Source: Oligoflexales bacterium (GTDB lineage: Bacteria; Bdellovibrionota_B; Oligoflexia; Oligoflexales; Bog-1112). From it: DNA of 64,000 nt. The notes below the pieces were generated by a model that did no database searches, had not been told where the DNA came from, and saw only the letters and a list, made by a program, of their open reading frames with translations. A program made the translations under genes and the position numbers. Each line of letters opens with the position of its first letter. Within the stretch, counting starts at the first letter, position 1. Shown here one piece after another: positions 38,546-50,324 of this stretch. Location: positions 409 to 64,408 of the forward strand of contig JBGCDR010000074.1 in NCBI GenBank assembly GCA_045105515.1, read 5' to 3'.

Positions 38546-39959
38546 ATCTCTCCACTTTATCGGAATTGCTGGGAGTGGTATGTGTCCTCTAGCAATTTTA
38601 GCAAAATCAAAAGGGTACCAGATTACTGGAAGCGACCTTGGAAGCGGTAGAAATCTATCTTTGCTGAAAAATAGCGATATCAAGGTCTTTGCTGAGCACA
38701 GAGAGCAGAATGCCTATAATGCCAACGCCCTGGTAGTCTCATCAGCAATAAAACACGATAACCCCGAAATTCAATGGGCACTTAGAAAAAACATACCGAT
38801 CTATCACCGTTCTGACCTTTTGGCAGAGTTAGCTAAACCTTACCACCTAATTACTGTGGCTGGGACCCATGGAAAAACTACCACTTCAGCGATCTTAAGC
38901 TACCTCCTTGATATTCTCAAGCAAGACCCAATGGCTGTTGTGGGAGGGCACATGCATCATTTCGATGCCTCTTGGCACCTTGGAAAAGGTAAATACTTTG
39001 TCGCTGAAGCAGATGAATCAGATGGAAGCTTTCTTAAATATCATCCAAAAACAGCTATTTTGAACAATATTGACAAGGACCATTTGGATCACTATGGCGA
39101 TTTCAAGGGTGTTAAAGAAGCATTTAGAAAATATCTGAACAATATCAACGACGATGGTATAGCAATAATTTCTGTTGACGACGAATTCTCTTATGCTGCA
39201 TACGACAAATATCAAGGTAAAAAAATCTCATATGGCAGTCTACGGGATTGTGACTTTCAGGCATCTTCAATACAAATCGATGGCCAATATGTTAGTTTCC
39301 AACTGAAGCATAAAGGTACTCAATTTAACTGTAAGTTGAAATCCATAGGTCTTCACAATGTATCTAATGCTTTAGCTGCACTTGCCGCAGTCAAATCGCT
39401 TGGGTTATCAATAGACTGCGCAATTAAGGCCTTAACTAGTTTTCCCGGTGTATCTAGAAGGTTGTCAATAATCCACGAGAGCCCTTCAATTACAATCATA
39501 GATGACTACGCTCACAATCCCGGTAAAATCGTGGCAAGTATCAAGGCTGTTCATAACTCTTTTGTTAATCATGATGTTTTTGTAATTTTCGAGCCTCACC
39601 GATTCAGTCGATTAGATACAATGTATAATGAATTTATACACTCTTTTACTAAGGCAAGTCAGGTTTACGTAACTCCTATTTTTGCTGCAGGAGAAAAACA
39701 CAGTGACCAACACAACCCCAATACTATAGCAGAAGATATACAAAAATCTTCATCTGTGGATTCTTATCCCTACCTAAATGAGGAACAATTAATTAGAGAC
39801 ATCTCGCATAGGAATCACATAAAGTCGGTTATTTTGACAGTAGGTGCAGGTGACTCGAGTAAAATCGCTTTCGCTATTAAAAGGTATACTATTGCCAAAC
39901 AAAAAAATACATCTTCAAAAGGAACTCCTTCGCAGTCAGAAGCTGAAAAAAAGGAATAA
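38517..39959 (+). CDS. murC: UDP-N-acetylmuramate--L-alanine ligase MurC
   Basis: Motifs HFIGIAGSGMCPLAILAKSKGYQITGSD, VAGTHGKTTT, AEADESDGSF and DDYAHNP are present. It overlaps the ftsW 3' end by 29 nt. Confidence 0.9.
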   Translation: MMQESNKPAKSLHFIGIAGSGMCPLAILAKSKGYQITGSDLGSGRNLSLLKNSDIKVFAEHREQNAYNANALVVSSAIKHDNPEIQWALRKNIPIYHRSDLLAELAKPYHLITVAGTHGKTTTSAILSYLLDILKQDPMAVVGGHMHHFDASWHLGKGKYFVAEADESDGSFLKYHPKTAILNNIDKDHLDHYGDFKGVKEAFRKYLNNINDDGIAIISVDDEFSYAAYDKYQGKKISYGSLRDCDFQASSIQIDGQYVSFQLKHKGTQFNCKLKSIGLHNVSNALAALAAVKSLGLSIDCAIKALTSFPGVSRRLSIIHESPSITIIDDYAHNPGKIVASIKAVHNSFVNHDVFVIFEPHRFSRLDTMYNEFIHSFTKASQVYVTPIFAAGEKHSDQHNPNTIAEDIQKSSSVDSYPYLNEEQLIRDISHRNHIKSVILTVGAGDSSKIAFAIKRYTIAKQKNTSSKGTPSQSEAEKKE

Positions 39960-40734
39960 ATTATTAGTAAGCCGTAAAAAAATAGTAAATTTCAGCTTCT
40001 TAATTATCATAATTGGCTTATGTGTTTTTTCTTTTAGGTATCTAACAGTATTAATAAAAAGTGATCTAAAATCAATAAATTCTCAAGAATGGGAAATATT
40101 TTTTAACCACAAAAGTTCTATTTCAAAGAAAGATGAGGATCGCATTGAAAACATTTTTGCTAATTTTCTATTGAATGATCAATCACCAGACTTGAAAGAA
40201 ATAAGTCGTGAGTTTTTAAAAGATTCTGAATTCAGTAGATTACACCTTTTCAAGTTTCATCCTTTCAAAATTTACATTAGTTTAAGTAAACATAGACCAG
40301 TATTTAAGATTCAATTAGATGTATCTAGGTTTGTTTCAGACGATGGTATCATTTATGGGCTTGCAAGAGGCTCGCAACTGCCGGAGTTGTCCGGTGATTT
40401 TTTTCCTGATGATAAAATTTTTTCATTCAAAAATAGCAACGAGATTGAGATTTCTCATATACAAAGGGCTCGATTTTTAGAAGCCGTTGAATTAATAAAT
40501 GATGCAAAACAAGAAAACATTATGCTTAAGGAAATAATTTTTAAGAAATATCGAGGATATTTTGCAAGCTTGACGGAAACTGGTACTGTAATTTCTTTTG
40601 GCAGAAGACCATTCAGAGGTAAAATTAAAAAGCTAAGAAAAATTTTATACAAACTGTCAACAAGAGGACAAAAAGCCTCACAAATAGAACTAGACTTCGA
40701 AGACAAAGCATTTATCAAAGAGTATAAACTATAA
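39844..40734 (+). CDS. ftsQ: FtsQ/DivIB-like bitopic division protein (start uncertain)
   Basis: A basic N-terminus is followed by a single TM (FSFLIIIIGLCVFSF) and an approximately 220-aa periplasmic domain. It sits immediately upstream of ftsA. The assignment rests on topology and synteny only. Possible starts are GTG 39844, GTG 39850 and TTG 39892, all inside murC. Confidence 0.55.
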   Translation: MQVTRVKSLSLLKGILLPNKKIHLQKELLRSQKLKKRNKLLVSRKKIVNFSFLIIIIGLCVFSFRYLTVLIKSDLKSINSQEWEIFFNHKSSISKKDEDRIENIFANFLLNDQSPDLKEISREFLKDSEFSRLHLFKFHPFKIYISLSKHRPVFKIQLDVSRFVSDDGIIYGLARGSQLPELSGDFFPDDKIFSFKNSNEIEISHIQRARFLEAVELINDAKQENIMLKEIIFKKYRGYFASLTETGTVISFGRRPFRGKIKKLRKILYKLSTRGQKASQIELDFEDKAFIKEYKL

Positions 40735-40748
40735 AAAAAGATGACCAC

Positions 40749-41981
40749 ATGAAACCTAACAATGTATTTGCCCTCGATTTAGGAACTACAAAATTCTGCT
40801 TTGGAAACATCAAGTTTAATAATCCTGGATGCCCTCCTAGTATCGAAACCATTAGCGTCAATGCTGGGGGTATGCGTAGAGGAATGTTAGCAGATTTCGA
40901 GAAGGCTAAACAATCTCTTCTGACTCTAATTGATATTGCTGAATCAGAATTCAATACCAATATTATTAAGGTAGTTGTTGGAATCGCAGGATCACATTTA
41001 CAAAGCAATATTTTCAAAACAAAAATACCAGTACAAAACCAAGTTGTTAAAGACGCTACTTTAGAAGCACTAAAGATCCAGGCTATGAAGCAAAAACCTA
41101 GTTTCCACAAAGAAAACTTACATGCTATTCCATTAAGTTATTTTCTTGATGAGAGAGAAGCTACTAACGCTCCAGAAGGGTTCTCTGCTGATTTTATCAC
41201 AGGAAAATTTTTTAGAATTGAGGCTGACAAACATTATTTAAATGATGTTATTAACCTCTGTAACCACTGTGGATTAGAAGTAAAAAATCTGTATGCTGAA
41301 CCTTATGCTTCAGCGTGTGCCACCTTAACCGAAGAAGAAAAACAATATGGTGTAATGATAGCTGATATTGGAGGAGGAACTACGGACGGAATTATATTTC
41401 ACCAAGGTTTGCCGACTCGTCTTTTTACAATTAATATCGGAGGCATGCTCATGACGCATGATCTTGCGATAGGCCTCGGTATCCCCTTCGAAACAGCTGA
41501 ACATCTAAAGCTAAGTATTGGACTAGACCGAACGAAACTAAACCAGCAAATAGTTGCTAATAATCTACAAAATAAAGAAATTCGTATTTCAAATGAAGAT
41601 CTATATATGATTCTATTTTCTCGGGTTTTGGAACTTTCCACCTTGATTAAACAACACTTAGATTCACACAACTTCCCATTGAAATCTGGCCTTGTCTTAA
41701 CAGGTGGGGGTTCTGATGTTCAAGGTATTGAAAAAATGATGAGTTATATTCTGAAAATACCTGTAAGAAGATCATTACCTAACCCCTGCAAACAGCTAAA
41801 GCTTGACATTAAGGATCAGAAAGCTTTCGAACAAAGGCAACTAGCTAGTAAATATTCAACTGTATCAGGTATGCTGATTCTAGAACAATTAAAAAACCTA
41901 AGAAAAAATCCAGGTTTAAAGCACGGTGTCTTCGAAAAATACTTCCAAAACTTTATATCTTGGGTAAAAGAACTAAGCTAA
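40749..41981 (+). CDS. ftsA: Cell division protein FtsA
   Basis: Actin-fold motifs ALDLGTTKF, DIGGGTTDG and LTGGGSDVQG are present. It lies upstream of ftsZ. Confidence 0.9.
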   Translation: MKPNNVFALDLGTTKFCFGNIKFNNPGCPPSIETISVNAGGMRRGMLADFEKAKQSLLTLIDIAESEFNTNIIKVVVGIAGSHLQSNIFKTKIPVQNQVVKDATLEALKIQAMKQKPSFHKENLHAIPLSYFLDEREATNAPEGFSADFITGKFFRIEADKHYLNDVINLCNHCGLEVKNLYAEPYASACATLTEEEKQYGVMIADIGGGTTDGIIFHQGLPTRLFTINIGGMLMTHDLAIGLGIPFETAEHLKLSIGLDRTKLNQQIVANNLQNKEIRISNEDLYMILFSRVLELSTLIKQHLDSHNFPLKSGLVLTGGGSDVQGIEKMMSYILKIPVRRSLPNPCKQLKLDIKDQKAFEQRQLASKYSTVSGMLILEQLKNLRKNPGLKHGVFEKYFQNFISWVKELS

Positions 41982-41998
41982 ATCTAGCTGTCAGAGCA

Positions 41999-42028
41999 TT
42001 GACACCCTCTTCTCCTCCTATCTATAAT
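41999..42028 (+). promoter_or_regulatory. Sigma-70-type promoter candidate for ftsZ (TTGACA-18 nt-TATAAT)
   Basis: Both hexamers match the consensus perfectly (TTGACA 41999-42004, TATAAT 42023-42028). The site is in the ftsA-ftsZ spacer, about 58 nt upstream of the ftsZ ATG, which has an AGGAGA SD. Confidence 0.55.
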
Positions 42029-42085
42029 AATTGTAAAGTAATTCTAATAAACACCAAATAAAAGACCAGCCATTAGGAGAAGCTT

Positions 42086-43723
42086 ATGGCATTTGACCCA
42101 CAAGAGGTATCCGCTCCAGGAGCTAAAATTAAGGTTGTTGGCGTAGGAGGGGGGGGAACCAATGCTGTAAGCACTATGATTCGCTCAAATATAGAAGGCG
42201 TCGAATTTGTTGCAGCTAACACTGACGTTCAATCCCTTCGTTTTGCATTGGCTCCGAATAAGATTCAGATTGGAAAAGAACTAACGAAAGGCTTAGGAGC
42301 AGGGGCCGACCCTGACATCGGCCGAGATGCTGCCCTTGAAGACAGACATGAGCTTCAAGAAACTCTCGGTGGATCAGATATGGTCTTCGTCACAGCTGGT
42401 ATGGGTGGCGGAACTGGTACCGGAGGAGCTTCTATTGTCTCACAAATCGCAAGAGAAAACGGAGCCTTAACTGTAGGAGTAGTTACCAAACCATTTTCCT
42501 TTGAGGGCAAAAGAAGAAAGAAACATGCTGAGCTGGGGATTGCTCGTTTAAAAGAACACGTTGACACTTTAGTAGTCATTCCGAATGACCGCTTGTTAAA
42601 AATCGCAACTCCAGACTTGAGCATGTTGGAAGCTTTTAAGATGGCAGATACCGTACTAGTCAATGCGGTAAGAGGCATCAGCGATATTATCAATATTCCT
42701 GGCACGATCAATGTTGATTTTGCGGATGTTAAGACTGTGATGTCAAGCATGGGGCATGCTTTAATGGGAATAGGAACAGCTACCGGCGACAACAGAGCAA
42801 AGGAAGCAGCACTACAAGCGATTTCATCACCCTTACTTGAAGATGTCGATATCGAAGGTGCTACCGGGATCCTAATAAATATCACAGCAGGTGAAAAAAT
42901 ATCCCTCGTAGAAATAAACGAAGCATGCTCCATCATAGAGGACGCTGCCCATGAGGATGCAAATATCATCTTTGGAGCTGTTATTGATGAGAACATGAAA
43001 GATTCAATTAGAATTACCGTTATTGCAACAGGTTTTCCAACCACTGAAGATGAAGATTTTATGGTTTCAGAGAGAGAAGGTTCAGCGAGTAGTACTTACT
43101 TTCGTCGAAGCTCTCGCACGGGAGCATCCAGTAAAATTAGCAATCCTGCCAGAGAAATGAGCTTTAACTCAATTTTGAACGAAGCTAAAGAAGAAAGTAC
43201 TACTCCCCCAGTACAACAGACTGAAGTTACCCAAGACCATCATATTAAGGAAGAAACTGAGGAGCAGCACGGTATCAGTCATATCGATGACTCAGACCTG
43301 GCAAGGTTTACACTTGATCAGGTGGCTCAATCTTCTCAACCAGGAGTTGAAGATACAATCACAGCCGAAAATCTGAAAACTGAACCTGAAATTGACCTTG
43401 TAAAAAGTCCAATAGAACATTCCCAAGCGACTGATAACTTGACACAGAAATCTATGATAAAAAGCCCACCAAATGAATCGCTGAAGAAAAGCGTACAATT
43501 AGAAGCTGCGACAAAAAAGCTAGAAGACCAAGCAAATGAGCTCTCATCCCCCGATGACGACTTCTTTTTAGATGATGGTAACCAGCTAACAGATGATATT
43601 GATAGAAGAATTGATGAGGCACTAGAATTAGCAGAAAAAGTTCGTTCTCTAGATAGCAAAGAAGACGATCTTGATGTTCCAGCTTTCTTGAGAAATAATC
43701 ACAAAGATATCAACCTAACTTAA
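42086..43723 (+). CDS. ftsZ: Cell division GTPase FtsZ with long acidic C-terminal linker
   Basis: Motifs [23 protein letters not shown] and NVDFADV are present, with the C-terminal peptide [11 protein letters not shown]. An approximately 210-aa D/E/S/T-rich linker separates the core from the tail. Confidence 0.97.
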   Translation: MAFDPQEVSAPGAKIKVVGVGGGGTNAVSTMIRSNIEGVEFVAANTDVQSLRFALAPNKIQIGKELTKGLGAGADPDIGRDAALEDRHELQETLGGSDMVFVTAGMGGGTGTGGASIVSQIARENGALTVGVVTKPFSFEGKRRKKHAELGIARLKEHVDTLVVIPNDRLLKIATPDLSMLEAFKMADTVLVNAVRGISDIINIPGTINVDFADVKTVMSSMGHALMGIGTATGDNRAKEAALQAISSPLLEDVDIEGATGILINITAGEKISLVEINEACSIIEDAAHEDANIIFGAVIDENMKDSIRITVIATGFPTTEDEDFMVSEREGSASSTYFRRSSRTGASSKISNPAREMSFNSILNEAKEESTTPPVQQTEVTQDHHIKEETEEQHGISHIDDSDLARFTLDQVAQSSQPGVEDTITAENLKTEPEIDLVKSPIEHSQATDNLTQKSMIKSPPNESLKKSVQLEAATKKLEDQANELSSPDDDFFLDDGNQLTDDIDRRIDEALELAEKVRSLDSKEDDLDVPAFLRNNHKDINLT

Positions 43724-44739
43724 GGACTTGGCGCTAGGGTTATCTGCCCTGATTCTTTCTCAACTTTCTTCCTCTTTACCCCGTCTTTGAACTTTTTATT
43801 CTGGCTCTTAATCATTTTCTGTATTGTATTGTCTATCATGAGAGGGCGTTCATCAGCCTTCTTAAATACCAAATAGTCTTTCAGCCTCACCAAATTTTGA
43901 TCATTTTTGATGTCTTTTTCGAATAAAGTTATTAAAAAATTACCAAAAAAGCTGCCTATGCCTACCTTACTAGATCTGTTATCACTTTCTGCGATTAGTT
44001 TGAAGATTTCGTCAATTCTCAGACTTTCATCACCGAGAAAGTCCAAGATCTTATTTGGCTCTTGCAATGGGCGTCGGACTAAGGATATCAAGCCTTGTAT
44101 AAAATCACTAATGTGGAGAGGGTGAAGTTGTCCTTTAATCATAGGTATTGGATACAAACCTGGAAACCTCATTACTCTCCTAATAGTATTCATAAATCGA
44201 TCTCTTTTTTCATCTCCACCATATATGATTCCTGGACGGACGATTATCTTTTCAGGTATTTTTGAATTTAAAATGCATAACTCTCCACAATATTTCTCCC
44301 GTAAGAAGGGCTCTCCTGCATGAAACGCAGCTCCATAAGCGCTAACAAATACGATTCTTTTTGTGTTAGCCTTCTCCATGGCAGCTACTAAATTTTCAAG
44401 CAATTTTATATTATTTGTCTTTATATCGCTTTTACCAAAGTCCAAACTCCCAATTCCTTGCTCAGGACCTAATAAATTTCGCTCCCAAGCTAAATGAATA
44501 ACAGTTTCAACACCACGAAGAGGTGCAGCGAGCAGCTCTTCAGAACCCAAATCGGAACAAACTGGAAATACGTTATCTCGGGGCTCTGGTAATCGATGCC
44601 TATACATAGACACAACTGTTTCACCTTTAGAGGCCAGGCACTTTACCAACTCGGTTCCCACATACCCTGATCCACCCGTTACTAATATTGCTGAAGAACC
44701 TTCGTTATCACCCGAAAGAACCTTGTAACTTGGGTTCAT
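43720..44739 (-). CDS. NAD-dependent epimerase/dehydratase family (extended SDR) protein
   Basis: N-terminal Rossmann motif [14 protein letters not shown] and about 340 aa length. The stop overlaps the ftsZ stop (TTAA). Confidence 0.7.
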   Translation of the reverse strand: MNPSYKVLSGDNEGSSAILVTGGSGYVGTELVKCLASKGETVVSMYRHRLPEPRDNVFPVCSDLGSEELLAAPLRGVETVIHLAWERNLLGPEQGIGSLDFGKSDIKTNNIKLLENLVAAMEKANTKRIVFVSAYGAAFHAGEPFLREKYCGELCILNSKIPEKIIVRPGIIYGGDEKRDRFMNTIRRVMRFPGLYPIPMIKGQLHPLHISDFIQGLISLVRRPLQEPNKILDFLGDESLRIDEIFKLIAESDNRSSKVGIGSFFGNFLITLFEKDIKNDQNLVRLKDYLVFKKADERPLMIDNTIQKMIKSQNKKFKDGVKRKKVEKESGQITLAPSP

Positions 44740-44803
44740 AGTTTCTCCACTAGTTAATACAACAGACTTGAAGGAATTTTACCTAGACACAGAATGTTAA
44801 TTC

Positions 44804-45943
44804 CTAGATAAGGCTATTATACAATGCTTTTACTTTTTCAGCGGTATCATTCCAGGTAGGCTGTTTTTTCAAAAATTCAGATAATAGCTTCTGATATTCG
44901 ATGTTTGTTTTACACTTGGACCAGGACTCAATAGCATCTACCCAAGCTTCCACAGCGCAGTTTTGTTCCATCCCCAAAGCAACTCGACTATTATTCAAAC
45001 TGTCACACGCATGCCCTTTATAGTACAAAGCAGGTGTACCCCTATTAAGAGCTTCCCACACTGGCAAACCAAAGCCTTCATATCGGCTAAAATGTAGGTA
45101 TAAACTGGAAGTTTCATAAATCCTATCCAGCTCAGCGTCAGGGATAGAAATATAGACTTTCAAACGATTTGCTAACATTTGCGAGGCTGCAAACTGATTT
45201 AAATACTGCTCTCCTTTCTTGTCAGTAACAACTACCAAGAAATATTCAATTGGAAGATTTTCTAACAATGAATTTATCAGTTCAAATCCTTTATATGGCT
45301 CCCACCTACTTATGAAAAGCAATTGCTTTGCTTGTACATTTAGCTTGTTTTTTTTAGAAGATGGGGGGATCCCATGTGGGAGCAAAACTACTTTGCTTTT
45401 CGCTCTAGGAAAACGTTCAAGCACCAAGTCAAAAGTCCATTGTGAAACACAGATTACAAGATCTGAATACTCAATTGATCTTGGCAGCATATAAGAGAAT
45501 TGAGCCTTGTATATCTTGGAAACTCCACTATCAGGCAACAAAGGGATTAGGTCATGAATTGTTAACACATAGGAAAACCCACTACTTTTCGATAACGCAA
45601 TCGGAAGGTTGATATTTGCCAACCCATGATAAATTTTTTTCTTATCCTCTGTAGGAAAAAATGATTCTTTTTTCAGGAGTTTGAGGAAGGAGGTGGTAGG
45701 CCACACAATTTTGGCTTTAACCAGCTGTTTTTCTAGCCAATTTTGCGGCCCAACATCTAGTGTATTTGACGATAAAGAAAGTTTACTTCCCAAGAGAATG
45801 GGTTCAATTCCGTGGAATTTCAAACCATCCATTAGACTTCGAGCGTAGCGGTTAATTCCCGAATGCTTTTGTTCAAATCCGAAGCTATCCCAAAAAACAA
45901 CAAGGGATCTAAACTCATCCCCCTTTTGCTTTTCAGGAACCAT
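44804..45943 (-). CDS. Glycosyltransferase, GT4 (group 1) family
   Basis: C-terminal GT-B motif SRYEGFGLPVWEALNRGTPALY (E-x7-E type) and about 380 aa length. Confidence 0.75.
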   Translation of the reverse strand: MVPEKQKGDEFRSLVVFWDSFGFEQKHSGINRYARSLMDGLKFHGIEPILLGSKLSLSSNTLDVGPQNWLEKQLVKAKIVWPTTSFLKLLKKESFFPTEDKKKIYHGLANINLPIALSKSSGFSYVLTIHDLIPLLPDSGVSKIYKAQFSYMLPRSIEYSDLVICVSQWTFDLVLERFPRAKSKVVLLPHGIPPSSKKNKLNVQAKQLLFISRWEPYKGFELINSLLENLPIEYFLVVVTDKKGEQYLNQFAASQMLANRLKVYISIPDAELDRIYETSSLYLHFSRYEGFGLPVWEALNRGTPALYYKGHACDSLNNSRVALGMEQNCAVEAWVDAIESWSKCKTNIEYQKLLSEFLKKQPTWNDTAEKVKALYNSLI

Positions 45944-45979
45944 ATTTCACCCATCGTTCCAATAAGGGTTTCGAAGTCT

Positions 45980-46411
45980 TTAAAACTTGATGCCTTTTTT
46001 CGTGATCTTCAACAAAGATTTTCTTGCTCTTGCTCGTGTTAGTGCAACTAGCGCTCGACCAATATCGATATCTTTGTTAGTGGTCTTTGCTAAACGCTCC
46101 ATAGCACGCTTCTCAGCCTGCAAGACCCTTTCATGGTCAATCTGCTCAGGACTCTCTATTACCTCAACCATTACGGTGGCATGCTCTTCAGAAACCTGCA
46201 AATAACCACCAGACACGAAATAATGGAAATCTTGCTGTTCTGTCGAATTTACTACCTTTAATATTCCTGGTTGCAAAGCAGTCAATAAAGCTGCATGTCC
46301 AGGGAGTATACCAAGTTGACCTTCGCTTCCTGGAGCTTCCAGAATGGAGGCTTCTAAGTTAGCTAGTGGCTTTTCTGGTGACAGAATTTTCACCTTAAAT
46401 GCACCTTCCAT
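45980..46411 (-). CDS. atpC: F1 ATP synthase epsilon subunit
   Basis: 143 aa with the beta-sandwich start KVKILSPEKP...LPGHAALLTAL. It lies immediately downstream of atpD. Confidence 0.88.
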   Translation of the reverse strand: MEGAFKVKILSPEKPLANLEASILEAPGSEGQLGILPGHAALLTALQPGILKVVNSTEQQDFHYFVSGGYLQVSEEHATVMVEVIESPEQIDHERVLQAEKRAMERLAKTTNKDIDIGRALVALTRARARKSLLKITKKGIKF

Positions 46412-46432
46412 ACACAGCCTCCTTTCCTTAAT

Positions 46433-47878
<1,446 letters not shown>

Positions 47879-47916
47879 TTAACTAAAAAAACACCTTCCA
47901 GGGTCTACAACCCTGT

Positions 47917-48798
47917 TCACAAGGCTTCAGCGCCACTTGTAATCTCTATCAATTCCTTAGTGATCGCAGCCTGGCGCGCTCTATTGTATTCCAAAGTTAA
48001 GCTACGAATTACCTCTTCAGCATTATTAGTCGCACTATCCATTGCAGTCATCCTCGCAGCATGCTCTGATGCCGCGCCATTAAGTAAGATATGATAAAGA
48101 CTCGATGCTACCTTTTTTGCAACTGCTGACTCTAAAATGCTTACCTTAGTAGGTTCAAAGATAAAATCACTATGAGGTGACTCTTGAACATCTATTTGCT
48201 TCGAAGTCTTATCATCTAGCTGTACTGGCAGCAACTGATCAACAGTAGGCACTTGGGTCATAGCATTCTTGAACTTAGAATAGACAACAAATATACGGTC
48301 AAACTTTTTTTGCTCAAACCATGTACAAAAGTTTGCTGCACTCTTATTCGCAAAGCTAAAACTTGGGTTTTCCAACACTTTTTCAAGCCGAAATTGGCTG
48401 TTGAGAGAAATTTTTTGTCCAAACATAACAGCTCGCTTACCCCAAAGGCCCAATTCACATTCAATGCCTTGCTCTTGCTTTTCCTTCAACAGTCTATTGC
48501 AGGCCTTAAATAAATTAGAATTAAGTCCACCACAAAGCCCTCTGTCCGAACTAACTACTACCACAAGAGCTCTTTTCTCCGGGCTTTGCTCAAGAAGAGG
48601 TGAGGTAAGCTTTCCTTCCTCTCCTTCGATCAAAACTTGAATCATCTTCTTGAAAGATTGTTCATAAGGACCAGCATTGACAATTGCCCTATTTGCCCGA
48701 GCATATTTAGCCGAAGAAACTAGTTTCATTGCCCGGGTAATTTTCTGAGTATTTTTGACACTAACGATTCTTCGTTTGGTATCTTTTAAACTGGGCAT
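47917..48798 (-). CDS. atpG: F1 ATP synthase gamma subunit
   Basis: N-terminal LKDTKRRIVSVKNTQKITRAMKLVSSAK and C-terminal RQAAITKELIEI are present. The ATG overlaps the atpA stop (TAATG). Confidence 0.95.
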   Translation of the reverse strand: MPSLKDTKRRIVSVKNTQKITRAMKLVSSAKYARANRAIVNAGPYEQSFKKMIQVLIEGEEGKLTSPLLEQSPEKRALVVVVSSDRGLCGGLNSNLFKACNRLLKEKQEQGIECELGLWGKRAVMFGQKISLNSQFRLEKVLENPSFSFANKSAANFCTWFEQKKFDRIFVVYSKFKNAMTQVPTVDQLLPVQLDDKTSKQIDVQESPHSDFIFEPTKVSILESAVAKKVASSLYHILLNGAASEHAARMTAMDSATNNAEEVIRSLTLEYNRARQAAITKELIEITSGAEAL

Positions 48799-50318
48799 TA
48801 GTTTTTAAACCTCGCTTTGTGATCGCTGAGTGCTTTTTTAAGGTCTTCTTCGATTTCTTTCAACTTAGCATTGCTGCGAATTTTATCGAGCAGCTCTGCT
48901 TTTTGTGAGCGCATATAGGTAGAAAAGTCTTCATCCCATGCGCTTAATTTTTCTAGATCCATATCATCTAGAAAGCCTCTTGTTGCTGCGTATAAAACTG
49001 CAACTTGCATAGCAACATCTAACGGGGCATATTGTGGTTGCTTTAAGATCTCAACTAAAACAGCTCCGCGTCTTAAAGTTTTTTGGGTTGCATCATCTAA
49101 GTCCGAGCCAAACTGAGCAAAAGCTTTCAATTCATTATATTGAGCAAGCTCAAGTCGAACTGTCCCCGACACCGCCTTCATACAGGCAATTTGTGCAGCT
49201 CCCCCTACCCGAGAGACTGAAAGACCAGCATTCATAGCAGGACGAATCCCACTAAAGAAAAGGTCAGATTCTAAGAAAATTTGGCCATCGGTAATCGAAA
49301 TTACATTGGTAGGGATGTAAGCTGAAATATCACCAGCTTGAGTCTCAATAATAGGAAATGCGGTAATTGATCCATTGCCAAGGTCGTCATTAAGTTTGCA
49401 TGATCGCTCTAAAAGGCGGCTATGAACATAAAAAACATCACCAGGAAAGGCCTCACGCCCTGGAGGACGTCTTAGCAATAAAGAAAGTTCGCGATAAGCA
49501 GCTGCTTGTTTAGTTAAATCGTCGTAAATAATACAAACGTGTTGTCCATTATCTCTAAAGTATTCAGCCATCCGGCAGCCTGAATAAGGTGCCAAAAACT
49601 GCATCGGAGCTGGATCCAAAGCTGTCGCATTCACAACGATAGTGTATTCCATTGCGCCAGATTGGGTTAAACGATTTACTATCTGAGCTACGGTTGAAGC
49701 TTTTTGACCAATTGCAACATATACACAAATAACATCCTTGCCTTTTTGGTTAATTATTGTATCGATTGCAATCGCTGTTTTTCCAGTTTGCCGGTCACCA
49801 ATAATAAGCTCACGTTGCCCTCTACCAATGGGTGTCATAGCATCTATGCATTTCAAGCCGGTTTGCAAAGGCTCATGCACCGATTTCCTCGCAATAATTC
49901 CAGGGGCTTTAACTTCCACAGCTTCCCTGGCGTCGATCTCTTCCAAGGGGCCCTTGCCATCAATCGCATTTCCCAAGGCATCAACAACCCTTCCAAGTAG
50001 GCCTTTTCCAACCGGAACAGCATTGATTTCTTTCAAACGCTTTACGGTGTCACCTTCTTGAATGTTGGTACAACTACCTAATACTGCAATACCTACATTG
50101 TCTTCTTCGAGGTTTAAGATAACCCCCTTCACTCCTGACTGGAACTCCACTAGCTCACCAGCCATTGCTCCCTCAAGACCATAAACCCTGGCAATCCCAT
50201 CACCAACAGTCAACACGGATCCAGTCTCTTGAACTTCTACTGTCTGACCATAGTTCTTGATCCGTTCGCTAATAATTCGGCTAACTTCATCTACTCGTAA
50301 CTTATCCATAGTCTTCAC
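48798..50318 (-). CDS. atpA: F1 ATP synthase alpha subunit
   Basis: Motifs [41 protein letters not shown] and ITDGQIFL are present. Confidence 0.98.
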   Translation of the reverse strand: MKTMDKLRVDEVSRIISERIKNYGQTVEVQETGSVLTVGDGIARVYGLEGAMAGELVEFQSGVKGVILNLEEDNVGIAVLGSCTNIQEGDTVKRLKEINAVPVGKGLLGRVVDALGNAIDGKGPLEEIDAREAVEVKAPGIIARKSVHEPLQTGLKCIDAMTPIGRGQRELIIGDRQTGKTAIAIDTIINQKGKDVICVYVAIGQKASTVAQIVNRLTQSGAMEYTIVVNATALDPAPMQFLAPYSGCRMAEYFRDNGQHVCIIYDDLTKQAAAYRELSLLLRRPPGREAFPGDVFYVHSRLLERSCKLNDDLGNGSITAFPIIETQAGDISAYIPTNVISITDGQIFLESDLFFSGIRPAMNAGLSVSRVGGAAQIACMKAVSGTVRLELAQYNELKAFAQFGSDLDDATQKTLRRGAVLVEILKQPQYAPLDVAMQVAVLYAATRGFLDDMDLEKLSAWDEDFSTYMRSQKAELLDKIRSNAKLKEIEEDLKKALSDHKARFKN

Positions 50319-50324
50319 GTCCCT

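Noticed and set aside
42149-42156. G8/C8 homopolymer tracts (also 24681-24688 and 11593-11600) as possible phase-variation switches
   Set aside because: They encode conserved Gly or Pro runs: GGGG in the FtsZ tubulin loop, QGGGG in the aminotransferase and IPPQ in UbiD. These are inside essential or housekeeping genes, so they reflect codon choice rather than contingency loci.
42355-43044. Long antisense ORFs inside strongly supported genes: 229 aa opposite ftsZ, plus 5637..6128 opposite clpA, 36971..37444 opposite murD, 40715..41110 opposite ftsA, 12666..13016 opposite the UPF0104 gene and 32815..33198 opposite murE
   Set aside because: Each is fully embedded antisense in a gene with unmistakable family motifs. 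The products are low-complexity or hydrophobic with no motifs. These are typical shadow ORFs.
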